Below, in pieces: positions 56,792 to 64,000 of a stretch of 64,000 nt of DNA. This DNA is from an uncultured Selenomonadales bacterium. Its GTDB lineage: Bacteria; Bacillota; Clostridia; Christensenellales; QALW01. Within the stretch, counting starts at the first letter, position 1. Each line of letters begins with the position of its first letter. Below the pieces are notes generated by a model. The model did not search any database and was not told where the DNA came from. It saw only the letters and a list, made by a program, of their open reading frames with translations. The translations under genes and the position numbers were made by a program. Location: the NCBI GenBank assembly GCA_905200615.1, contig CAJKLB010000006.1:9266-73265 (forward strand). Direction: 5' to 3'.

Positions 56792-57889
56792 TCAATTCTC
56801 TCCAAATATATTTTTTATGGCTTCCAAATATCCGTAGCCGTTTATGGAATCGGGCTCCAAATAACCGCCCTCTGTCCATTCGTTCCATGCATAGATTGTT
56901 ACGATTTTATTTTTCTTATCGGTATCGTCAATATGACGTTTTGCCGCAAGCAACGCGCGCCGGAATTCTTCGGGTGTATTGTTCTTAATAATAGAAGAGA
57001 AATACGGCTTATGCTGAATTTCATATTCACCTGAAAGCGTGTGATACATCAGCGGACCGTCTTTTTCATACCGCATGGTTTCCGGACAGCGCGGCGAAGG
57101 ATCCCATCCCATGGAAACATGGGTATGATAGGGGATCGGATATCTTTGCTCAATCTTTTTCATTTCTTCATAAGCGCTTTCCGCCCATTCACTATAGTCA
57201 CCGCAGGGCCACTGCGGTACGGTGTTGTGCGCCCAAACATAGCTTGTCAGCGCGTCAATCCCCAGTTTTTCAATCATCTCCTGCGGATCAAGTCCTTTAC
57301 AGCAAAGTTCCTGCAGTCCCCATTCCACCGCTACAAGGTGAATTTTTAAACCGGCATCGGCAGCTTTCTTTCTGAAGATCTGTATCATTTCCGCAGCTTT
57401 TTCTATGCCGCCCCAAGCATGCACTTGTTTTCCCAGTTCATAAATGGAATAATAACATGCCCCGTCTACTTTCCAGTAGTTCGGCTGTTTAAAATATTGC
57501 TCAATAATGTAATCAAACATTCCCAGTGTATCGTTATAGTCTTTTCCGCCGCCGCACTGCATTAAGCCGAATTTCAGACGGCTGCGGCTGGGTGCTTGAA
57601 GAAATTGTTCCAATACGGTGTTGTTTCCCCGATAGCCCCAATCAAAGATGAATGCCGTAAGGCCATGGTCTGCCGCGGTATTGATTTGAAGCTCTACCGT
57701 ATCCATCAGCGAATCATCCAGATATCCCCACATAGGAATTTTGGGCTGCTGGTGACCCGGAAAACGCGGGATCGCGCGTTTTGTATACTCCCATTCGGTC
57801 CACCCTTTGCCGCGCTTGATATCGTTATATTCGGTTGGATGCCAGTTTGACCAGTGGTAACAAGCTACATCATATTTTCCCATTTCCAT
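56792..57889 (-). CDS. GH99-like / WbsX-family domain protein (cytoplasmic), copy A
   Basis: Same conserved blocks (FPGHQQPKIPMWGYLDDS, HGLTAFIFDWGY, YAWNEWTEGGYLEP). The start could be ATG 57889 or 57883. Confidence 0.75.
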   Translation of the reverse strand: MEMGKYDVACYHWSNWHPTEYNDIKRGKGWTEWEYTKRAIPRFPGHQQPKIPMWGYLDDSLMDTVELQINTAADHGLTAFIFDWGYRGNNTVLEQFLQAPSRSRLKFGLMQCGGGKDYNDTLGMFDYIIEQYFKQPNYWKVDGACYYSIYELGKQVHAWGGIEKAAEMIQIFRKKAADAGLKIHLVAVEWGLQELCCKGLDPQEMIEKLGIDALTSYVWAHNTVPQWPCGDYSEWAESAYEEMKKIEQRYPIPYHTHVSMGWDPSPRCPETMRYEKDGPLMYHTLSGEYEIQHKPYFSSIIKNNTPEEFRRALLAAKRHIDDTDKKNKIVTIYAWNEWTEGGYLEPDSINGYGYLEAIKNIFGEN

Positions 57890-58184
57890 TACCTGCCTTT
57901 ATCTTTTCATTTTGCGAAATTCAATTTGAACGCATCAACACATATTGTAAAAGCTTGAATCATTAAAGTCAATAGGCAAATTTCATATTTCAAAATTTTT
58001 TATAAGAATCCGCATCGCATTAGAAAAAGAAAATACGGCTAATAAAAACATTATTGCATAATATTTAATTTTATCGAAACAAATATTACAAAGTCATTGC
58101 AAAAAAAGCATATAAATGCTACAATAGTAAATAATTATGTTTAAACAGTAAGGAGGAATCCTGTGTAACAACAGGTTATAGAAA

Positions 58185-59444
58185 TTGGAAAAGCTGCTGA
58201 TTCGCGGCGGCAGAAAAATGCACGGTGAGATATCGGTAAGCGGCGCAAAAAATGCCGCCGTAGCCATAATCCCCGCGGCGCTTATTTCTGACGGCGTTTG
58301 TGTAATAGATAATATACCGAATATTGATGATGTAAAGGTCATTGCCGAAACCATGCGTACCCTCGGCGCCAAAGTAGATTTAAGCGTCCCCGGACAAATT
58401 ACTATTGATCCCTCTGAGGTACGCTCTGTTTGTCCCTCAGAGACCCTGACGCGAAAAATGCGTGCTTCTTATTATCTGATGGGAGCCATGCTATGTCGAT
58501 TCGGGGAGGCTATGGTTCCTCTGCCGGGAGGATGTTATATCGGAAAACGCCCCATCGATCAGCACTTAAAAGGTTTTATGGCCTTGGGCGCAAAAATCAA
58601 ACAAACGGACGTGGTGGAAATCACTGCTTCCCACTTAAAAGGCGCGGAAGTATATTTGGATGTTGTAAGCGTAGGCGCAACCATCAATATTATGCTGGCC
58701 GCTGTTAAAGCCGAAGGCAGTACTACCATTTTCAACTGCGCCAAAGAGCCACATGTAATTGACGTGGCAAACTTTTTAAATAATATGGGTGCGAATATCA
58801 AGGGTGCGGGAACCGATACTATAAGAATCAAAGGGGTAAAATCACTGCATTCCTGCAACTATACCTTAATACCCGATCAAATAGAAACCGGCACGTGGAT
58901 GATTATTGCCGCAGCCACAGGCAGCAATATTACAATCAAGAACTGTATTCCCATCCATATGGAATCTCTTTCCGCGAAACTAAACGAGGCAGGTTATAAA
59001 ATTGATGAGGGCGAAGATACGCTGCGCGTACTTCCGCTGCATGGACGACCGAAAGCAGTCAATGTAAAAACAATGGCCTATCCCGGATTTCCTACCGATC
59101 TTCAACAGCCGTTCTCTGCTTTGCTTACCACAGCGAATGGGACAAGCATGATAACCGAAACAATTTTTGAACAGAGATACCGGCATTTAGATGAATTACG
59201 ACGGATGGGCGCGAACGTGGACTATTCAGACCGTATTGCCATTATTACAGGCGTAAACAAACTGACCGGAACCGCGGTGGAAGCCTTGGATCTGCGCGGC
59301 GGCGCCGCGCTTATCGTAGCCGGATTGATGGCCGAAGGCATCACCAGTATCAGCGGTGTGCATTATATTGACCGAGGATATGAGGATATTGTAAAAAAGC
59401 TCAAATCTTTGGGCGCCGATATTGAGCGAATACAAGTTGACTGA
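58185..59444 (+). CDS. murA: UDP-N-acetylglucosamine 1-carboxyvinyltransferase
   Basis: EKLLIRGGRKMHGEISVSGAKNAAVAIIPAAL and 419 aa are typical of MurA. TTG start with no well-spaced RBS, so the start is uncertain. Confidence 0.9.
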   Translation: MEKLLIRGGRKMHGEISVSGAKNAAVAIIPAALISDGVCVIDNIPNIDDVKVIAETMRTLGAKVDLSVPGQITIDPSEVRSVCPSETLTRKMRASYYLMGAMLCRFGEAMVPLPGGCYIGKRPIDQHLKGFMALGAKIKQTDVVEITASHLKGAEVYLDVVSVGATINIMLAAVKAEGSTTIFNCAKEPHVIDVANFLNNMGANIKGAGTDTIRIKGVKSLHSCNYTLIPDQIETGTWMIIAAATGSNITIKNCIPIHMESLSAKLNEAGYKIDEGEDTLRVLPLHGRPKAVNVKTMAYPGFPTDLQQPFSALLTTANGTSMITETIFEQRYRHLDELRRMGANVDYSDRIAIITGVNKLTGTAVEALDLRGGAALIVAGLMAEGITSISGVHYIDRGYEDIVKKLKSLGADIERIQVD

Positions 59445-59461
59445 TTTTTGACGCAGAAACC

Positions 59462-59495
59462 AAAAAGATCATGTGTAAAGCATGATCTTTTTTTC
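59462..59495 (+). terminator. Intrinsic terminator of murA
   Basis: AAAAGATCATG-TGTAAAG-CATGATCTTTT, followed by TTTT. Confidence 0.8.
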
Positions 59496-59815
59496 CTCTG
59501 TTTTTTATCTGCCGAAAATAAATTTTTAAGGGAAATAGGGGGTTTTTCCGCCGATATAAGAAAAAATTTTTGCATTGATAAAATAACGATATTTCTTTAT
59601 TGCGTCAGTCTGTCGAAAAACCTGTTGGTAAAGAGTAATAGATGTAAAAATTTTTATGCATCACAGGGGAGCCCGCCGGGACGTTTCACGCCTCTCCTGC
59701 GCTCTTTGGAATAAAATTTCACCCTCCGAAAAAAGTGTTTCCACTGCCTTAAAAAAAAGCGGACGAAAACTTTATGCCGCGACTTCTTTAGCCGTATCAC
59801 TTTTTTTGTATTCTG

Positions 59816-59851
59816 CCGCAAGAATAAAATAACGATATTTTATTCTTGCGG
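59816..59851. repeat. Perfect 15-bp-arm palindrome abutting the promoter of the MBL hydrolase gene
   Basis: CCGCAAGAATAAAAT-AACGAT-ATTTTATTCTTGCGG, followed by a T-run and a TATAAT box at about 59868. Confidence 0.7.
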
Positions 59852-59976
59852 GGTTGTTCTTTTTCATGTATAATACTTTTTGTAAGATGGAGATCTGTTG
59901 CAATCTTCTCAATCTATTGGCAAATACAACAGAACTTTATCGGTTTTATTCTATACATGTTTCTATGAGGTGAACA

Positions 59977-60804
59977 ATGAAAATCAAATATTTAGGCACA
60001 GCCGCGGCCGAAGGAATCCCCGCTCTTTTTTGTACCTGTGAAACTTGTCAAGCAGCACGCCGTTTAGGCGGCAGAAATATACGCTCACGATCCCAAGCGC
60101 TTATCGATGATTCCTTGCTGATTGATTTTCCCTGTGACAGTCTTTATCACGCATGGCTGAACCATCTGGATTTTACACGGCTGCAGCACTGTCTCATTAC
60201 ACACGCTCATGCGGATCATTTCTATGCTCCGGAATTATGCAATTTGCGCAAAGGATTCGCCTCGCTGCCCGAAAACTGGCCTGTTTTTCATGTTTACGGA
60301 AGCGAAGATATCAAAACGGCCGGAGCCGAAGCCTTTCAAATCGCACCGGAACATTTGCGCTTTCACCAAATTTCGCCCTTTCAAAGTTTTCAAGCCGGTG
60401 AATTGACAATAACGCCCTTAAAAGCGTATCACGGGACGGCGCACCCTTATATTTATATGATTCAGGGAAATGGAAAAACCTTGCTTTATGCCCATGATAC
60501 CGATGAATTTCCCGACGAAACCTGGTCATTTTTAAACAAGACTAAGCCGCGTTTTGATTTTGTTTCGCTGGATTGCACCGGCGGCGCCCATTCGGACTTA
60601 CCTTACCGTGCCCATATGTGTTTAGGCCGCAACATTTCCTGTCGTGACCGGATGCGCCGTCAGGGGCTGATTGACGACCGCTCATTGATCTGCCTAAACC
60701 ACTTTTCGCATAACGGTCTTTCGGTATTATACGACGATTTCCGTAAAATGGCGGAAAAAGAAGGTTTTCTTGTTTCCTATGACTCTATGGAAGTTGAATT
60801 TTAA
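59977..60804 (+). CDS. MBL-fold metallo-hydrolase (PhnP-like)
   Basis: LGTAAAEGIPALFCTCETC N-terminal Cys motif plus ITHAHADH. RBS GAGGTGA. Confidence 0.8.
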   Translation: MKIKYLGTAAAEGIPALFCTCETCQAARRLGGRNIRSRSQALIDDSLLIDFPCDSLYHAWLNHLDFTRLQHCLITHAHADHFYAPELCNLRKGFASLPENWPVFHVYGSEDIKTAGAEAFQIAPEHLRFHQISPFQSFQAGELTITPLKAYHGTAHPYIYMIQGNGKTLLYAHDTDEFPDETWSFLNKTKPRFDFVSLDCTGGAHSDLPYRAHMCLGRNISCRDRMRRQGLIDDRSLICLNHFSHNGLSVLYDDFRKMAEKEGFLVSYDSMEVEF

Positions 60805-61088
60805 TGCTTTGGGAAATCTTTTTCGCATGCGAAATCTTTTTTACCGTATTAAGCTTTTCCTGCATGCGTATCGACAAGTACAAAGCAATTCCTCACACGA
60901 GGCGCATACCCGAAAAAGCACTCCTTCTTCTCACCGTTTTAGGTCCTTGGGGAACCTTGACCGCCATGTGCTTTCGCTTAAAAAACGGCAGACATAAAAA
61001 CCGCAAACCCGTATTTTGGGTGATCGATATTCTTTCTGTTCTGCTGCATCTGGCATTATATGCAGCCCTTATTTTTATCAGCGAATAA
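60804..61088 (+). CDS. DUF1294-family small membrane protein
   Basis: MRIDKYKAIPHTRRIPEKALLLLTVLGPWGTLTAM..HKNRKPVFW matches the DUF1294 pattern (DK..A....RIPE...GG..G....HKT.K) from recollection. Confidence 0.65.
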   Translation: MLWEIFFACEIFFTVLSFSCMRIDKYKAIPHTRRIPEKALLLLTVLGPWGTLTAMCFRLKNGRHKNRKPVFWVIDILSVLLHLALYAALIFISE

Positions 61089-61203
61089 ACGCCTTTTTTT
61101 TCTTTCCTGCGAATTTTGATTTTTTACCGAAATCCGGTAAAAATTCCCATCAAAAAATAGGATTCCTGTTGCGCTGTCTTTTTCCGTACTGTACCGATAT
61201 CAT

Positions 61204-61240
61204 AAAAAAATTACCCGCGGATCCGAATTTCTGCGGGTAA
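61204..61240 (-). terminator. Intrinsic terminator of the BNR surface protein gene
   Basis: TTACCCGC-N14-GCGGGTAA, with a T-run on the minus strand. Confidence 0.7.
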
Positions 61241-61313
61241 TCTTATACAAAAAAATCGTTTAAATAAAAAAATCTTGTTCCGTTGATGCTTTCTTTATCA
61301 AACCCCGAAGATC

Positions 61314-63989
61314 TTATGATTTTTTCTTTTTCTTCCTATAATAAAATCCGCCTGCGCAAATCATAATAACGATCAGCCCCGTAATACAGGCAGCGAAAGG
61401 AAGTCCAAGATCTCCGGTATCTTTGATCTGGTCCTCTCCTTCTAATTGAAGAATCGTTTCATAAGCCTTGATAAGCAATTCACTGTTAGATACCTGCGCT
61501 TTCAGATTAACGCTGAGCGCTTGATAAGCTTCCCACGCAGAGAGCACAGCCGACTTATCCGCCAAGGTGATATTTTCAGGCAAAGCCGCTATCTTTTTTA
61601 TAACATTATTCAGCGGTGTATCATCCAAAATAACAATCTTATCTCTGGCTTGGGCAGAAGAAAAATTCCCGTTGATAATATCCTCCTCCGTAAACACGGT
61701 CATCAGTATTTCCATCGCGTTTTCTTCCTGACCGGTAATATATTTTCCTCTTTCACGGTCATATACGGCATAAATCACACCGTTTTCATCCTCTATGGCA
61801 TCCGGATACGATACATTGCTTCTGCCGTCAAGCAACAGCTGATAAGGCCACGTCTGACCATCGTCAGTAGAAAGCAGCGCGGTAATATGACTGCGTCCGG
61901 AATTATTCTTATGGTTTATCAGCAGTAAATTTCCGGAACTCAGCCGCCGAATGAAAAAGCGTGAACCCGGTCCGCCCCAACCTGTATCTGTCATAGCCGA
62001 CCATGTAGCCCCTCCGTCTGTAGAAAAACTTTGTCCCACTCCGGAGGAAGTCCTCAGCAACAGCCACAAAGCACCGTCGTTTTTCTCGATAATCATTCCC
62101 TCGGACCACATCTGTGTTTCCGTGCGAAGCGTTCCCCGAAGATTCCATGTTTTTCCGTTATCCACTGACGCGTAAATCATGGTATCGGTACCGTTTCCGG
62201 TCCATGTATAGCTGGAAATCAGCCATGTTCCGTCAGAGGTGACCGTTGGCTTATTCAGCATAACGCCCTCCGCTATTTTTTCCGGTTCTGTCCATATAGG
62301 CTGGGAGGCATTTGGATTCTCCGTATAGATCCGCCATACGCCGGATCCGTTTACAAAGAAAAGCCAAAGTCTTCCTTGCGCATCTTTCCAAAGGCAAGGA
62401 TCGAAGATTCTGGAAAAATAGTCATCTACAACCAATACGGGCGTCCAAGTCTGTCCGTTATCCAAGCTTCTGCTTACAATTGCGTAATTCTCGCTTCCTT
62501 CGCCGCTGCCGCCGGAGTACCAGGAAGCCCAAAGGCAGTCCGGCGCTGTTTTTTCAATACCGGGAATACCCTGCCATTGTCTGTTTTGTCTTGCATATCG
62601 AGAATCCTGGGCAAAAATTATTTCCGGATCAACAATGACCTCCGGCCCGTTTACCGGATGTTCATCCAGCTGTTCATCCGGTAAAGTTTTAAAAAACACT
62701 ACCGCCCATTTTTCCAAAGAAAGGGTTTCTCCTGTATTCATATATTTTCCGTACAGTACTACAGATTCCCCTACCTGAGACGATATTTTAAATGGCGACG
62801 CATGAAAGAGCACAAAACCTTTCTGCTCCAAAGCAGCTATCTGCGAATTCGGTCCGCTCGTCGGCGTGGCGATATACACATACCCTGCCGAAGCAACGGT
62901 AACCGACACGCCATCATCTATCGACGCAGCGATATATGATTTATTCTGCAGATAATCCGGCAGAGTACCGTAAGCATACGCGCGATCCCGAAAAACCATA
63001 TTTCCTTCCCGTGCGCTGAAGCGAAAATCCTCACTGTTTTGTGATATCACCTCTGCCAAAGGCTGTTGAAAGTCGACTTCGGGAGCCGGCGTTTCAGATA
63101 GATCCGTACCGCAAAGAGTGACCCCCCATTTCCCGTAAGAAACCGTATCGCCCACGGCAACCAGCTTTTTATAGAATTCTACCGGTTCGGCTAAAGTACT
63201 CCAAAAGGGATAAGAAAGAATATCCGTTTTTACATAACCATCGGCAATCAAATCGGCACCGCGTCCGTTCGGGGCATTTTTAGGCGTCATTACGTATACA
63301 TAGCCTCCAGCCGTTACCGTAGCGGCGGAACCGCTGTCCAAACCTGCCTTTATAAAGGACATCTCTTCAAACATTTTCGGACGGTTCGCGATACTATAGT
63401 TTCTATCCAGAAATACCATTTTATTATTTTCAATGGTTTCAAGCGTATAATTTTGCTGTGGCTGCAGCACCGCCAAATTTTCTTCCGGCACGGAATCCGC
63501 AGTAAACCGCAGCGGCTCCGCAGAAGCCAATATAATTCCCCATTTGGTATAGCTTACCGTTTGATTCGCTTTAAAATACTTGCCGAACACGGCAACAGGC
63601 TGCGTAATGCCGCTGGAAAGTTTCCAGGAATCAACCGCAATTTTCTGAAATCCCTGTTTCAGCAATACGGCTTCCTGAGAATTTGGCTGCGGATCAGGCG
63701 GCGTTAATACATAAAGATAACAATCCTGTAAGGTTGTAGCGCTGCTGCCATCGATGGAGCCGTAAACATATTCCACGCCCTCCATGCACTCAGGATATCC
63801 TTTTAAAAAAGGCATGGTAGTACGATCCGTAAAAATCTGTTTGCCTACAGTTACATGCGCGATTTCCGCGCCGCTGCCGGGCTGCAGAAGATTCTGCGCC
63901 GCAGCAAAAACGAACTGAACACCTGCTAAGCTGCCTGCCAGAAGCACAAGAACCAGCAGCAGAGAACACCACTTTTTTTGTCCCTTCAT
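61314..63989 (-). CDS. Large surface protein: signal peptide, three ~140-aa tandem repeat modules, BNR/Asp-box sialidase-like beta-propeller, C-terminal hydrophobic anchor with basic tail
   Basis: Four Asp-boxes (SLDNGQTW, SVDNGKTW, STDGGATW, STDDGQTW). Three N-terminal repeats share G(S/A).D.G....T......Y(V/L)Y(V/I).TP and (K/E)W(G/A)(I/V) blocks. C-terminus is ...IKDTGDLGLPFAACITGLIVIMICAGGFYYRKKKKKS. Confidence 0.8.
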   Translation of the reverse strand: MKGQKKWCSLLLVLVLLAGSLAGVQFVFAAAQNLLQPGSGAEIAHVTVGKQIFTDRTTMPFLKGYPECMEGVEYVYGSIDGSSATTLQDCYLYVLTPPDPQPNSQEAVLLKQGFQKIAVDSWKLSSGITQPVAVFGKYFKANQTVSYTKWGIILASAEPLRFTADSVPEENLAVLQPQQNYTLETIENNKMVFLDRNYSIANRPKMFEEMSFIKAGLDSGSAATVTAGGYVYVMTPKNAPNGRGADLIADGYVKTDILSYPFWSTLAEPVEFYKKLVAVGDTVSYGKWGVTLCGTDLSETPAPEVDFQQPLAEVISQNSEDFRFSAREGNMVFRDRAYAYGTLPDYLQNKSYIAASIDDGVSVTVASAGYVYIATPTSGPNSQIAALEQKGFVLFHASPFKISSQVGESVVLYGKYMNTGETLSLEKWAVVFFKTLPDEQLDEHPVNGPEVIVDPEIIFAQDSRYARQNRQWQGIPGIEKTAPDCLWASWYSGGSGEGSENYAIVSRSLDNGQTWTPVLVVDDYFSRIFDPCLWKDAQGRLWLFFVNGSGVWRIYTENPNASQPIWTEPEKIAEGVMLNKPTVTSDGTWLISSYTWTGNGTDTMIYASVDNGKTWNLRGTLRTETQMWSEGMIIEKNDGALWLLLRTSSGVGQSFSTDGGATWSAMTDTGWGGPGSRFFIRRLSSGNLLLINHKNNSGRSHITALLSTDDGQTWPYQLLLDGRSNVSYPDAIEDENGVIYAVYDRERGKYITGQEENAMEILMTVFTEEDIINGNFSSAQARDKIVILDDTPLNNVIKKIAALPENITLADKSAVLSAWEAYQALSVNLKAQVSNSELLIKAYETILQLEGEDQIKDTGDLGLPFAACITGLIVIMICAGGFYYRKKKKKS

Positions 63990-64000
63990 TTTTCTTCTCC

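Noticed and set aside
58150-58184. Using the strong AAGGAGG at about 58150 as the murA RBS with an upstream start
   Set aside because: The only start downstream of it at proper spacing (GTG at about 58163) is followed immediately by a stop. The conserved MurA N-terminus begins at TTG 58185.

Overview
This 64-kb window comes from a Firmicutes (Clostridia-like) chromosome; that assignment is an inference from gene content, RBS and promoter style.

(1) Positions 1 to ~13,100 are the right-hand part of an integrative conjugative element (ICE). All of its conjugation genes are on the minus strand:
- excisionase-like HTH
- an unlisted 53-aa ORF
- ParA and ParB
- a lipoprotein
- a thioester/Cna-B adhesin
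- a VirB4-type ATPase
- a coiled-coil protein
- sortase B
- a PAPS-reductase-like protein
- a CHAP/NlpC-P60 hydrolase
- cargo: two XRE regulators, a gene remnant and an MFS-like gene that runs off the left edge

The element ends at a 3' fragment of tRNA-Leu(CAA) followed by that tRNA's terminator. It looks decayed: an internal deletion appears to have fused the adhesin out of frame to a 5'-truncated VirB4 gene.

(2) Positions 13.1-15.7 kb are an AT-rich islet. Its only convincing gene is an ECF-type sigma factor fused to a ~350-aa C-terminal domain.

(3) The rest is core chromosome:
- azlCD
- a P-II-like / CPA2 antiporter / argS operon
- an M18 aminopeptidase, rsmA, an ABC-F ATPase and rny
- a Na/Pi-PhoU transporter / HAD / orphan sensor kinase unit, divergent from three tandem membrane-anchored paralogues of unknown function (the middle one frameshifted)
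- a seven-gene acyl-CoA ligase / SSS symporter / iorAB / paaK / ACT operon
- an amidohydrolase, pdxK, an aldose epimerase and an MBL lipoprotein
- a PocR-AraC regulator divergent from a five-gene rare-sugar operon (isomerase, two FGGY kinases, a DUF4432-like protein, a class II aldolase), followed by two tandem cytoplasmic GH99-like genes
- murA, an MBL hydrolase and a DUF1294 protein
- an 891-aa BNR/sialidase-like surface protein

I saw no rRNA, no complete tRNA and no CRISPR array.

Best candidates for undescribed biology:
- the kinase plus three-paralogue cluster
- the sigma-fusion islet
- the hairpin repeats at the ICE parAB locus
- the sugar / GH99-like locus

All family assignments come from motifs recognised by eye; no searches were run.
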